Below are positions 38,786 through 52,930 of a stretch of DNA of 64,000 bases, in pieces; within the stretch, counting starts at the first letter, position 1, and each line of letters starts with the position of its first letter. This stretch comes from Octopus vulgaris (lineage: Eukaryota), in contig OX597830.1 of the NCBI GenBank assembly GCA_951406725.2, positions 40,734,001-40,798,000 on the forward strand, in the 5' to 3' direction. The notes under the pieces were generated by a model that ran no database searches, was not told the origin of the DNA, and was given only the letters and a program-made list of their open reading frames with translations. The position numbers were made by a program, and so were the translations under genes.

Positions 38786-39985
38786 GCATATATGTATATT
38801 TGTGAATATGTGTATTTGTGAAAATGTGTGTACATACATTGCCTATATATGTGCATAAGTGTGTATGCATCTACAAATTTATGCACGTGTGCTTGTGTAT
38901 ATTTGGTTGGTAACACTGACTGCATGTGAGACTGTGTGTCAGTCCGTCTGTATTTCTAAGAGTAAATGTACTTATGAATGTAGCTATATGACCTGATGTA
39001 TGTATTCATGCATGCATGAATGCGTGTAAGAGTCCAGATGTGTGTGTGTGTATGTGTGCATGCGTGTCTATGCATGTACTTATGTCTGTGTACCTCTATC
39101 TGTGAAACAGTGAACATATTTTTATATGCCTGTGTGTGTCTAAGATTAAATGAGTTTATATATGTATGTGTGTGTATGTATATATATACACACATATACA
39201 TATACATATATATATACATATATATACATATAGATATACACACATATATAAATATGTACATATACATATACATATCTATACATACATATATATATATATA
39301 CATACACATATGCATATATATATATACACACACAAGTATATACACATATATATACTCACACACATACACACACATGTATGCCTGTGTATGTGTAGAGGTG
39401 TGTGTGTTATGTGTGTGTGTGTGTGTGTGTGTGTGTGGTGTGCCTGCATGTGTGTATGTGCACAAATATCAATTTAGGCGTGATTTCCCATGAGAAATGC
39501 ACACATAGGTAATGCAGACCAGCACCGGTATTGCGATTTGTAACGGCATTTGTTGTAAAATGAAACTAAGTAATTAAGGACAACCATCTAAGCTAGACAA
39601 CAACAACAACAACAACAACAGCAACAACAACAACAACAGCAACAGCAACACGATGAAGATGTGCCTTGTGATTGATGAGACTCTCATAACTCAGCACTGT
39701 TACTTTGGATAGCTTTAAGTAGCTTGCAAACTGTCAAACTGTTTCTAAATGAATTCCTGTAAGGATGGTGCTAAATTTGGAAGATGTGGTGGAGGATACG
39801 TTTTTGGGGGGTTTTGTTGTTTTTTTTGTTTGTTTTTGTTTTTTGGGTTTTTTTTTTTCTTCTCTGAAGAAAACCATTCAACAAAAATGTATGGAAGAAC
39901 TGCTGTGTGTTGTTTTTAATGGTCCTAGTGAAAGAAAGATCTTTGAAGAAATCATTGTCAGTCTGTCAATCTGTTTGTTTGTCTC

Positions 39986-40020
<35 letters not shown>

Positions 40021-40853
40021 ATAGTTATGTAGATCAGACTGGAGCCTGGTGCAGCCTTCTGGTTTCCCAGATCCCCGGTTGAACCGTCCAACCCATGCTA
40101 GCATGGAGAACGGACGTTAAACGACGATGATGATGATGATGTCTATGTAGATGTGCCGCCTGACTGGCTCCCGTGCTGGTGGGACGTAAAAAGTAGCGTT
40201 CGAGCATGGTCGTTGCCAGTGCAGCCTGACTGGCTCCTGTGCCAGTGGCATGTAAAAAGCACCATTCAAGTGTGGTCAATGCCAGTACTACCTGAATGGA
40301 CCTTGTGCCAGTGGCACATAAAATGCACCATTTGAGCATGGTCAATGCCAGTACTGCCTGAATGGTCCTTGTGCTGGGGGCAAGTAAAAAGCACCCACTA
40401 CACTCTCGGAGTGGTTGGCATTAGGAAGGACATCCAGCTATAGAAACTTTGCTAGATTGGATAGGAGCCTGGTGCAGCCTTCTGGCTTGCTAGTCCTCAA
40501 TGAAACCATCCAACCCATGCCAGCATGGAAAGCTGACCTTAATGACAATGATGATGATGATTATACTGTGTGTGTGTGTTCATAAGTATGTAGTGTGTAT
40601 GTAGATATCTATATAGTGTGCGTGTGTGTGTGTGTGTGTGAGTGGAGTGGAGTAGGTTTGGTACACCCCATGTACTCACTGATTTGTTGTTGGGGTCATG
40701 TAAGTGTAATTGCTGTATTAGCACTGTTTGCATAAATATTGTACGTGTATTATGTATGTGTGTGGGTGTGTGCATGTATTCATGTGTGTATGCATGTGTG
40801 TATGCATATGAATATATATCATCATCATCATTGTTTAACATCTGCCTTCCATG

Positions 40854-40892
<39 letters not shown>

Positions 40893-40894
<2 letters not shown>

Positions 40895-41054
40895 GTATTT
40901 TAATGTGTATAAGGAACCCCCTAATTTTGGGGGCTTAAAATTTGGAAAAATGGTTTTGTAAAGAATTATAATACTATCCATGTATAAGAAACTCACATAT
41001 TTTTTAAACCTAATTTTTGACAAAAAAGGGTTCCTTATAAACGTCAAAATATGG
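40893..41054. mobile_element. Tc1/pogo-like MITE in (TA)n
   Basis: TIR ccgtattttaatgtgtataaggaaccc / gggttccttataaacgtcaaaatatgg, TA flanks. Confidence 0.8.
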
Positions 41055-41604
41055 TATATATATATATATATCATCATCATTATTGTCATCGTCATCATTT
41101 AATGTTTGCCTTCCATGCTGGCATGGGCTGGATGCTTTGACAGGAGCCGGCCAGGTAGAAGACTATCCCAGGTTACTGTGTCTGTTTTGACATGGTTTTT
41201 ATGGCTACATGCCCTTCCTAACACCAACCCCTCTACAGAGTGGACTGTGTGTGTGTGCGCGTGCGTGTGTGTGTGGGGGTGTATATCACAGTATCAACTA
41301 GACTATCTGATGTTGCTATACATCACTGGTCACAATGCACTTTTTTTGCTTTTGAACGACACCACCCCAGTTACTAGACAAGCAAGCCAACATACTCCAG
41401 ACCAGAATGTCAATCCGTCACAGAGTGAACCCATTTACAGCTGAGTGGACTGGAGTAATGTGAAATGAAGGGTTTTGCTCAAGAACACACCATGCACCAC
41501 CCCATCTGGGAATCGAACCCATGGTCTAGCAACCTCGAGTGTATTACCTTAACTTCTAGGTCATGTGCCTTCACACACACACACACACACACACATACAC
41601 ACAT

Positions 41605-41944
41605 ATTAGATAAAGATAGTTATGGCCAGTCTATGGGGTTACCCTGGGTTTCATGTTGATGAAGCACTTAGCTTTATGGCGTCTCTTCAGACCCTAATGG
41701 CTTCAAAGTGGAGGGAGAAAAGACCTTGTAGTTAGTTGTTGAATGCATGGACAAAGGAAAAGGGTTAAGTACAAGGCTTTATCTTCCTTAGGCTGCTATC
41801 TGTAATCAATGTGGCTGGTTTGTGGGTTCCAGGGCTTCAGTAGAAATCTCCTGAAGAGTAAGCAGGGTCCAAAGACTTCCATCCTGGAATTTAAGGTGTT
41901 CCTGGGTTGAGAGAGTTTTTTTAATTATTTTTGCCCATTCAGCT

Positions 41945-41945
<1 letters not shown>
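41605..41945 (-). mobile_element. Putative Penelope-like element 3' end: ORF C-terminus followed by a hammerhead motif (41636-41694)
   Basis: Peptide AEWAKII...NTLNSRMEVFGPCLLFRRFLL resembles the E..II...LN.R.E...C...FLL end of GIY-YIG PLE ORFs; downstream gggt-CTGAAGA-...-GAAA-CCCAGGG-TA-accc. Confidence 0.6.
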
Positions 41946-41978
<33 letters not shown>

Positions 41979-44900
41979 GGTAGGGAAATGTTCATTTTGC
42001 AACAACAGAGTTTCTGGTTTTGTCTCATTGTGCACCACCTTAGACAAGTTTTTCTACTATTGATGGAAACTGTGTGGAAGTAATTTTATAGAGAACTGTG
42101 TCACAGCAGGTCATGTAAAATGTTTTATAGTCTCAAATGGTGAATGTGTTACCTTGAACACTAGTGAAGAAGATGAGCTAAAAGCTCTTGTCCGCAGTAC
42201 AAGATATATTCCTGTGAGTGGTAATCCTTATTTTTGATATCCAACTGAGTAACAGGAAGCAGAACAGGGTCCCAGAACTATAGGTTCAGGGGTAAAAAAA
42301 AAAAACATACCAGAAAGCAGCTAGCATTTTGTCAGCTTGTAGTTCTCCATTTGTTGGCATGATGAATCTGGATCTGATGTTATTATCCCCAGGTTGTTGC
42401 TGGAGAAAATATTGCTGCAGGTCACATCTGAGATGAGAGACTTGCTACTTCAGAACAAAAAGAAATTATGATGTTGTTCCTACAGCCTAACGCCACAGGT
42501 TCCATTAACACTGAAAAACTGGCTGTACTCAAATTATATTTGACAATATAAATGAGGTTGGCATATCAAGGAAAGCCACTTATTCCATCAATCTATCACC
42601 CTCATTTCACATATGCCATAATCATCATATTCATTTAACGTCCATCTTCCATGCTAGCATGGGGTGGATGGTTTAACAGGAGCTGGCAAGCCAGAAGACT
42701 ATCCCAAACTCCACTGTCTGCTTTGGCATAATTTGTATGGCAGAATACCCTTCCTAATGCCAACCACTTTACAGAGTTGACTGGGTGCTTTCTACATGGC
42801 ACCAACACCAGCAAAGTCTGCCTTGACATGGTTTTCATGGCTGGATGCCTTTCTCAATGTCAATGGGCTCAACAGAATATATTCCCCCTCATTTATTAGG
42901 TTGGGTTAAAAGCAGGAGCTGTACTCATGGCCTTCACAGATCCTCCAAGACCACTAAGATCACTCAAATCCTTAGTTGTACATATAGACATCATCATCAC
43001 AATCATCGTTTAACATCTGCTTTCCATGCTGGCATGGGTTGGACAGTTTGACTGAGGACTGGTGAGCCAAAAGGTTACACCAGGCTCAATCTGATCTGGC
43101 AAAGTTTCTACAGCTAGATGCTCTTTCTAACGCCAACCACTCTGTGAGTATAGTGGGTGCTTTTACGTGAAACCGGCATGAGGGCCAGTCAGGCAGTTCT
43201 GGCAATGACCACACTCAAAAGGCGTTTTTTACGTGCTACCTGCACGGGAGCCATTCCAGCAGCACTGGCAACAACCATGCTCAACATTGATAATTCAGTC
43301 TTCTCTAGTGAAAACAAACCCAATGATGACTTTAATTCAGTGAAAAGTTAAAGAAATTTGCGTTGAGTAGTGAAGTGTTGAAGAATTTTTACTGTTGCAT
43401 GGTTGAGTTGACTAAGTCAGTGAGCTGGCATAATCATTAGCAAGTCTGACAAAATGGTTAGCAGCATTTCTTCTAGCTCTTTACATCTTGGTTTCAAATC
43501 CTGCCAAGGTCAACTTTGCCTTTCATGGTAGAGAGAATAAATTACCAGTCAAATACAAGGGGTTGATGTAATCAACTTGTCCCTTCCCAGCAAAATTGCT
43601 GGTCTTGGACCCTGCAACAGAACAGTATCCCACTCAGGGGAATGTTATGAATTTGGTCACTTATACTCCATGGAAACCGAGTAGCCAGCTTTATGATTTG
43701 ATCGTAACAAAAGTCATTCCAAACCTGATTTGATAAGATATCCATTCAAAAGCATAAATCTTTTGAAAAAGTCATGCTCACTGCTCAAACAATTGGTTGG
43801 TACAACAATTCCACTCAGTCAGCAACGTGATTATTCTCTCATTGCTCTGCATCATTGAAGATACAAGCCAACCTGCTGTGAAGCCGTTCAATCCATTTTT
43901 GTGATAATTAAATAAATCCATAATGGATAGTAAGTGAATAAGTATGCAAGAGTAATTAATTAATTAGTTTAGCTAAGTAAATTGAAAGCATGAGTAATAG
44001 AGATAATTTAGTATCAAGAGTAGGTTCAAATCCTCAGATGTTTGTTATAATTACATATTGTGATCACCAATGTTATCTAAGAGGCATACCAAAATTATTC
44101 TGAAGATGAAAACAGCATATGCGTATGAATTGGTAATTCTTTTCAAGCTTTGGCATGAGACCAGCAGATCTGAGGGGAAGGGACAAAATGATTACACTGA
44201 CCCCAGTACTTGACTGGTACTTTATTTTATTGACCCCCAAAAGGATGATAGGCAAAGTCAACCTTGGCAGAATTTGAACTCAGAACATAAAGACCGACGT
44301 AGCTTTAAATTTCAGTAGAATACCCCTGCAATTTTAGAAGCAAAGTTGACCTCAGTGGGGTTTGAACTCAGAACGTAAAGAGCCGGATGAAATGCTGCTG
44401 AGCATTTCTTCCAACATGTTAACAATTCTGACAGCCTGCCGCCTATGAGCATGAATTAATAATAGAACCAATTATTTTGAATACTATAAATATAACATTA
44501 ATCCAACCACAAAAGATAAATCACATTAATAACAATTTCTTTGTCAGCTTCTGAATCTCCTTCAAGATCTGCAATGGCATTGGACAACTCGTTAAATTCC
44601 AACAAGGATTAGGATATTTTAGTATTGCTGGTAGCATGGAAAGTAATGGAGAGTGAACATTAGTAGCAATAGCAGTTGGAGAAATTGAAGGTGTCGCAAT
44701 GTTAGAAACATTAACAGCAGAGAAGCACATGACCAAATGACAGCTACATAAGAAATGGAGAAGTTGTTCTATTGATTAGATTATTTGCTTCAGAAAAGCT
44801 ACTGGCATGGCTGTGTGGTTGAGAAGTTTGCTTCTGAACATAGTTTTTGGGGGTTCAATTCCACTGCAAGGTACCTTGGGTAAATATTTTGTACTATAGG

Positions 44901-45162
44901 TGCAGGAGTGGCTGTGTGGTAAGTAGCTTCCTTCCCAACCACATGGTTCCAGGTTCAGTCTCACTGCATGGCACCTTGGGCAAGTGTCTTCTACTATAGC
45001 CTCAGGCTGACCAAAGCATTGTTAGTGGATTTGGTAGACGGAAACTGAAAGAAGTCCATCATATATATGTATGTGTGTGTATATCCTCATCACTATCATC
45101 ATCATTGTTTGGAAGACGGACATTAAACGATGATGATAATGATACACACACACACACATACA

Positions 45163-45248
<86 letters not shown>

Positions 45249-45571
45249 CAGTAATCTTTTGATATATGAGTTAATTTATTCCGACAGATCACTCGTAAAG
45301 TGGAAACTCATAAAGCAAAGCAATAATATTCCATAGATGCTGTGTTATGATTCTTAATTCATTCCCAGAAAAGCATTTTACCAATAAAATTTGTAATACT
45401 CGGAAATAAATGGCAATAAAACAACAATATAATGTAAAGAATATTTTATGTAAATTTGGATCTTGTGCTTTAACCTTTTTTTTATATTTATTATAAAATA
45501 AAACTCTTAAACCCAGGGTCTCGTAAAGTCAGTCCTCTTAAAGTGAGGTATTACTCTGTGTATGTGTGTGT

Positions 45572-45616
<45 letters not shown>

Positions 45617-45899
45617 TATGTACATATATATTTATACATACACACACACACACACACACATATATACATATATATATACATACATACATATATACATACA
45701 TACATATATATATAACATACATATATACATATATATATATATTCAAATATATATATATAACATACATATATATATACATACATATACATACATACACAGA
45801 CACACACACACATATACATACACAGACACACACACACATATACATACATACATATATATATGTATATATTTATAGATATACATATAAGGCAGTGTCATT

Positions 45900-46440
45900 C
45901 ATCATTATTTTTAATGTCCATTGTCCATGCTGGCATGGGTTGGATAGTCTGACCAGAGCTGACAAGTCAAAGAGATGCGCCAGGCTCCAGTCTGACTTGG
46001 CATGGTTTCTATGGCTGGGTGCTCTTCAAAATGCCAACCACTTTACAGAGTGTGCCAGGTGCTTTTATGTGGCCCCCACACAGGTGCTCTTATGTGGCAC
46101 CGCACGGGCACCTTTACATAGCACCACCACAAATACTTTTTATGTGGCACCAGTGCAGGATTCTTGCAGGTCAATCCTCTCCACCAGGGGAAGATTGGAC
46201 TTAACACTTCTGTGGAGTGTGGGTCATCTTGAGTACAACAAGGTACCGGGCATCCCAGTCCTTTGTCATCTTGCCTGAAAGGTTCGGCGTCCTGTGGTCA
46301 TTTTTCACTACTTCATTCCATGTCTTTCTGGTTCTCCCACTTTGAGAGATTGGCACTTCCTTATGGAGCTGTTGGCATCCATCTGCATCACATGACCAAA
46401 CCAGTACAGTCTCCTCTCCTGCACACAGCATATAATTATT
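45900..46440 (-). mobile_element. RTE LINE 3' end plus tail
   Basis: Minus-strand remnant ...LYWFGHVM.MD.../GRTRKTWNEVVKND, then tail ending in (GAT)-like repeat. Confidence 0.75.
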
Positions 46441-47990
46441 CATTTCCAATGTTCTGCAAGAATATACTCAATTGAGGGAATATTCCCTAGTCTGGAAACA
46501 GGTGAGGGTTGATGACAGGAACAACATCTAGCTGTAGAAAATCTGCTTCAATAAACTCCATCCAAACCATACAAGCATGGAAAAGTGACTGCTACATTCT
46601 CAGCATTTTGTGTGTTCCCCAAGCTGGAATGGAATCTTTTCCAGGCCACTCAACAATACAGGAAGTTACCATTACAATGATTTGGGTCATGTGATACAAG
46701 GTGTTGCCTTTAAAACTGATTTTCCTACCGTAGAGGTGCAGATTTGGCTGTGTGGTAAGAAGTTTGCTTCCCAACCATATGACAGGTTTCCACACAGATT
46801 CTTTCAACCGAATCCATTCACAAGGCTTTGGTTGGTCCAAGGTTATAGTAGAAGACAGTTGCCCGAGGTTCTATGCAGTGGGACTGAACTTGAAACCATA
46901 TGGTTGAGAAGCAAGCTTCTTACCACACAACCATGCCTGTACTATGGAAGGAAGTCTCTTGTCTATTTGCTGCATTCTCCAATTTTTTTGCCTTTGTTTT
47001 GTTTTGTTTGTTACTGGAAGAAAGGGTTCAGTTATGTCTCCAAATAGGTTTTATGATGAGCCTGATCTAATCCTTTTGAAATATATTTATTCCAAGGAAA
47101 TCTATGAAGGAGACATGATAAATGAATTTAGTTGGATTAATTGATACATTGGTGCCTTTTAGTCGAGCAATAATTGCATTTTCTTGAGTCTTCAATTCAT
47201 TTTGGGTTGCTGGAAAGACGAGGATGTAATCCTGATAAATAATTAATTATATATCATTAATTCTCTTCCAATAAAGATTCCAGGCAACATTGGAAAATGG
47301 AACTGCTATTTTTGAGAAGCATAAAATATTTCTGTATTACAACTTGGTAGTAATACTGATCCAAGAACAAATGGTCAGCCTGACTACATCGTTTTAGCCA
47401 ACAAATCTAATTTGGTCTGAAGTGGTCACTTTATTTTGTATTTTTTGTCTTTTACTTGTTTCATTCAATGGACCGCAGCCAGGCTGGAGCACTGCTTTGA
47501 AGATCACCCCTGGTACTTTTTACTTTTTTCCTTTTTAAGTTTGGTACTCATCCAGCCAGCCTCTTTTGCTAAACCACTAAGTTACATAGATGTAAACAAA
47601 CCAACACTAATTGTCAAACAGTGGTGAAGGGACGTGCACACACACACACACATGACAAGTTTCTACACAGTTTCTATCCACCAAATTCATTCACATGGCA
47701 TTGGTCAGCCCAGTGCTACAGCACAAGACATTCACCCAAGGTGCTGTGCAGTGGGACTGAACCAAAAACAGTGTGGTTGAAAAGCAAGCTTCTAAACCAC
47801 ACAGCCAGATCAACCCCAGTACTTTTTCTTTATGTCTGGTACTTATTCTATTGGTCTCTTTTGCTGAACCACTAAGTAACAGGGATGTAAACAAACCAAC
47901 CGATTATCAAGTGCCACTTGAGTGGATCCCTGTGTTGGTGGCACGTAAAAAGCACCATCTGAACATAGCCTTGTTAAAGATCCTGTTAAA

Positions 47991-48357
47991 CAAGAGCACT
48001 CAGGGAGCACAAACCTCTGCCAAGGCAACACCAATGTCCTCTCAACGATTAGCTGGAGATGATTTTTAAAATGAGAATATCTGAAATAAACTCAACTGCT
48101 CTAACAAATGAGAATACTAAAAATGAACGCAACCACTCTCAAAAATTAAGGAAAAAAACAGGAAAAATAATCCAGAATCCTTGTCTTGTACTGGATTGAT
48201 CCCAAAATCTAATCAGTCTGTGCCAGTCATGAGGCCAAACATTGCTAAAAGTTTCATCCGAATCCATCCAGCAGTTCTTGAGATATCTTGGCCACAGACA
48301 AACAAACAAACAAACACGACTGAAACAATACCTCCGCCTTCACTAAGGCAGAAGTAA
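47991..48357 (-). mobile_element. Helentron/HINE-like non-autonomous element
   Basis: 5' palindrome cctccgcctt/aaggcagaag, (GTTT)n, subterminal inverted ggcagagg and 3' hairpin; copies at 50471-50827 and 63901-64000. Confidence 0.65.
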
Positions 48358-49614
48358 TAAACAATGACAACAGCTTCTGTTTCTAAGCCTATGCTCCAAT
48401 CTATGTTCCAAACTGTTCACCATTATCATCATTATCATCATCATCACTGTTTTAATGTCCATTTTCCATGCTCAGATAGCTCAGATGGAATTTGATATAT
48501 CAAATTTTTCTATGGCTGGAACTCATACCTGTTTCCAACTCATACCTGTTTCCAGGGAAGGCTGTACTTACACACACACACACACACACATATAGCAGGC
48601 TTCTTTCATCAATCAAATCTTCTCACAAGGCTTTGGTTAGCCTGGGGTTATAAGGGAAGACACTTACCTAGGGTACTGCACAGTACAACTGACCCAAAGA
48701 CCTCATTGTTGAGAAGCAAGCTTCTTAACCACACAGCCATGCCTGCTTCCCTGGCACACTTGTGCCTTACATATGTTACAAACTGTTGTATGTGGTAAAT
48801 CAGAAAACTTTTATCTTACTGGAGAACCAGCTGATGGGGGTCAGTGATTGATGTCCTGGTACTAATTCCTCCCCATAACCATGGTTTGAGCACTGAAGTA
48901 TCAATTACTCAGTCCAACAAGCTCTAGAGAGACACCACAAGATGAGGCAGGTCAGCCAATGCGATCAACAGTATTGACCCAAAACAGATCAAGTACTTCA
49001 TTTGAATGCACATCAATGTGCAATTCTTACCAAGGGAAAAGCTTGTTGAGATAAACCAACAGTTAACCCAGAGGAATATTTATCTTTCATCAGCTTAACG
49101 CTATGGAAGCCTAAGATGAGCAATGAGCCTATAGATCTCAGTTATTCGGAGAAGATAGATTCAGAGTTGCTTTTTAACCATCTGTCTCCAAACATGATTT
49201 ATTTGCAAGCTTGTAATAGACTTCATTCTAATAAACATATAGAAATGTGAGACATAGCGTTATTTTAAGCTTCCATTATTGTATGTACGTACGTATTATC
49301 CAGGAACAAAGCTTTTAGATAAGCTTCTTCTAGCTTCCATACCTTTCTCCTGTTGAGTATTTGCATTGTATCACAACCCAGATTCCATACTTCCCTCCAC
49401 CACACACGCACACACACACACAAAAGCCTTTACCCATTATCTGCTTTCTACTTTCCTTTACTATGGGCAATGTTATCTCATAAATCACTAGTTTATGTTG
49501 TGAAACACACTGTTCACCAGTAATTAAACCTGCGTTTATCACCACTCACTTATTCTGTTTTGTTGGTTATATAAATCAACTTGCTTTTATTTTCATTCAC
49601 TGTTTCTTTATATA

Positions 49615-49668
<54 letters not shown>

Positions 49669-49675
49669 TATATAT

Positions 49676-49736
<61 letters not shown>

Positions 49737-50429
49737 TATATTTGTGTGTATCAATGTATGTCTTTTTGTTGCTGTTTGTTGTTTGTTTATTGTTTTTGTT
49801 TTTATTAAGTTAATGTTTTAAATAAGTAGATAACTTGCATCACTGAACTCCAGAAGCCTAATAATATCCTCATTTATGGTTTTTATGATGATATCACCAA
49901 CTTACATATGCTCCAGAACCCATTCAAGTGTTTCCTAATGTGACTGACTACTGAAATCTCTCCCACTAATACTAATGCCTTTGACATCATCAATCTTTGG
50001 TTGTTCGTTCTTTTATTGTTGCTTATATATATATATATATATATATATATACTGGTATCATACTACATATGAGTAACATCTTCTTCGTTTATCTGTATTT
50101 GTATTATTTTTCATTTCATCAACTCACATCTTAGTCATCATTTATCTGTCTACAAATAAGCTTGTCCAACAAACAATACACTTAAAAACTACAGCTATCG
50201 ATTTATGAAGACATTGATCTTCCCAGATTATATCTACATCATTGATTGATTGACTGAACACTGTTTTGTTTTATGCATATATATATATGTGTGTGTGTGT
50301 ATATATATATATACACACACATAGACACAAGCATGGCCAAAGGTGTAAGCATGATTGTGCGATTCCCACTGTGTCGCACCCTAGGCAAGTTTGTTATGAG
50401 AACAATGTACCGGCCGATCATAAATTATG

Positions 50430-50470
<41 letters not shown>

Positions 50471-50474
<4 letters not shown>

Positions 50475-50824
50475 TCTGCCTTAGCAAAGGCAGAGGTATT
50501 GTTTTTAGTCGTATTTGTTTGTTTGTCTGTGGACAAGATATCTCAAGAACTGCTGGATGGATTTAGATGAAACTTTTAGGGATGTTTGGCATTGTGACTG
50601 GCACGAACTGATTTGAGATCAATCCAGTACTGGACAAGGATTCTGGATTATTTTCCCTGTTTTTTTACTTAATTTTTGAGAGTGGTTGGGTTCATTTTTA
50701 GTATTTTCGTTTGTGAGACCATTTGAGTTTATTTCAGATATTCTCATTCTAAAAATCATCTCTGGCTAATCGTTGAGAGACCATTGGTGTGGCTTTGCTG
50801 GAGATTTGCACTCCCTGAGTGCTC

Positions 50825-50827
<3 letters not shown>
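50471..50827 (+). mobile_element. Helentron/HINE-like element in (ATT)n
   Basis: tacctctgccttagcaaaggcagaggta...gtttgtttgtttg...gcactccctgagtgc; inverted relative to 47991-48357. Confidence 0.65.
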
Positions 50828-50888
<61 letters not shown>

Positions 50889-50909
50889 GCAGTTAGCATA
50901 TTATTATTA

Positions 50910-52058
50910 CTAGGCAGTGAGCGGGCAGAATCATCAGTATGCCAGGGAAAATGCATAGTCGCATTTTGTCTGTCTTCGTGTTCTAAGCTCAAATTCCGCC
51001 AAGATCAACTTTGGCTTTCAGGGTCAATAAATTAAGTACCAGTTGCATACTGAGGGATGATCTAATCGACTGACCCCCTCCCCAAAAATGTCAGGCTTTG
51101 TGCCTAGATTAGAAACGATTATTATTATTATTATTACTACTACTACTACTACTACTACTATTATAAAGGTAGTGAGGGGGCAAATTAGTTAGCATGCCAG
51201 TGAAATACTTAGTGGTATTTTGTCCAAATTTCACTGAGGTCGACTTTGCCGTTCATCTTTTTGGGGGTCGATGAAATAAGTACCAGTTACGTACTGGGGT
51301 CGATATGATCAACTTAATCCCTTCCCCCAAATTTCAGGCTTCATTCCTATAGCAGAAAAGATTATTATTATTATTATTATCATTAGGCAACAAGGAGAGA
51401 ACGATGCAATGTGTAATAGATTGTTTATTTAACAGTTTGAATGATATTTCAACAGATTGTCTGTCTTCTTCAGATTCAAGATGTAAAATAAAGAAGAGAG
51501 ATGATCTGTCGAAATATCGTTCAATCCATTAAACAAACAATCCATTACAAATCACATTGCGCTTTCCTTATTGTCTATTTGCCTTCGTGAAGAGCTACAT
51601 CAGTTTTTATAAAATAATAATATTATTATTGAGCTGGCAGAATCGTTAGTATGCTAGGCAAAATTCTGAGCAGTATTCTTGTCCATCTTTACGTTCTGAG
51701 TTCAAATTCCACCGAGCTTGACTTTGCTTTTCATCCTTTCAGGGTCAATAAATTAAGCACTGGTGTTGATATAATCGACTAGTCCCCTTCCCCAAAATTT
51801 CAAGTCTTGTGCCTTTATTAGAAAGGATTCGGCGAGCTGGCAGAAACGTTAGCATGCCGGGCGAAATGCGTAGCCGTATTTCGTCTGTCGTTACGTTCTG
51901 AGTTCAAATTCCGCTGAGGTCGACTTTGCCTTTCATCTTTTCGGGGTTGATAAATAAAGTACCAGTTTCCAACTGGGGTCGATGTAATCGACTTAATCCC
52001 TTTGTCTGTCCTTGTTTGTCCCCTCTATGTTTAGCCCGTTGTGGGTAGTAAAGAAATA

Positions 52059-52060
<2 letters not shown>
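50910..52060 (+). mobile_element. Cluster of four SINE copies (1596 family) separated by (ATT)n
   Basis: Repeated gagctggcagaa...gttctgagttcaaattcc...ggggtcgatgtaatcgact. Confidence 0.85.
51437..51479 (-). ncRNA. Minimal type-I hammerhead (extra-A variant) within an imperfect palindrome at ~51385-51578
   Basis: ttgaat-CTGAAGA-A-GACAGA-caa-TCTGTT-GAAA-TA-TC-attcaa: 6-bp helix I, 6-bp helix II, palindromic ATAT helix III. Confidence 0.7.
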
Positions 52061-52091
<31 letters not shown>

Positions 52092-52224
52092 ATGTTGACC
52101 CCCAAGTTTCTCCCAGAGACCTCAAGAGAAAACAAGTTCAAGTTGCTGTTATGGCTAGGGTGCCATATTTTTGGTTTTGCTCAAAGTATTGTTCTAGTAT
52201 TGTTCTTAATATTGTTCTTAGCAC

Positions 52225-52237
52225 ATTATTATTATTA

Positions 52238-52275
<38 letters not shown>

Positions 52276-52930
52276 GCCTTTGCACAACTTTTAATGCTGG
52301 AGATCTACTATGGTGTCAGGTGTTCGCTACCAATGAACTAAGGTAACACCTCTTATTTTTCGAGCAGGAGTATTCAGGCGATTCCAAGCAGTGCTGTTTT
52401 CTTCCACCCTTATTGCAGCCCCTATTTGTTCCACATACTTTTGCTCAGTGTTCCCAGGGCTCCAACAATTGTTGGTACTACTGCTACCTTTTTCATCAAC
52501 CACAACTGCTTAACTTTCCAAGCTAACCTGTCATATCTCTCGACTTTTCTTTCTTCCTTATTGCATACCTTGTTGTTAGCTGGGCATGTTATATCTATGA
52601 TCCAGCATAGTTTGTTTCCTTTCTCAATTAAGACTATGTCTGGCTTCCTATTCTCAATCTCATGGTCACACTGAATCATAAAATCCAGCAAGATCTTTGC
52701 ATTATCATTTTTGATGATGCCTTCGGATTTGTGGTTGTACCACTTTTTTCCTCTGTCAAGTCCATACTTGTTGCAAAGTGTCCAATAGACAAGCCTGGCT
52801 ATATTGTCATGGCATCTCATATATTCCTTCTGGGCTAGTGGTATACTTTGGCTAGTAATATGTCATATGGTTTCACCATTTTGTCCAGAGATTCTGCATT
52901 TATCACTTTCTGTTGTGTTGTCTATTCTTC
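52225..52930 (-). mobile_element. R4/Dong-type non-LTR retrotransposon 3' end (zinc knuckle plus restriction-like endonuclease), (TAA)n tail
   Basis: ORF 52422-52820: RCHDNIARLVYWTLC...KWYNH...ILLDFMIQCDHEIENRKPDIVLIEK...IIDITCP...KVERY...VVPTIVGALG. Confidence 0.9.

Noticed and set aside
45507-46278. 238-aa longest ORF
   Set aside because: (TA)/(CA) repeat read-through into a retroelement tail
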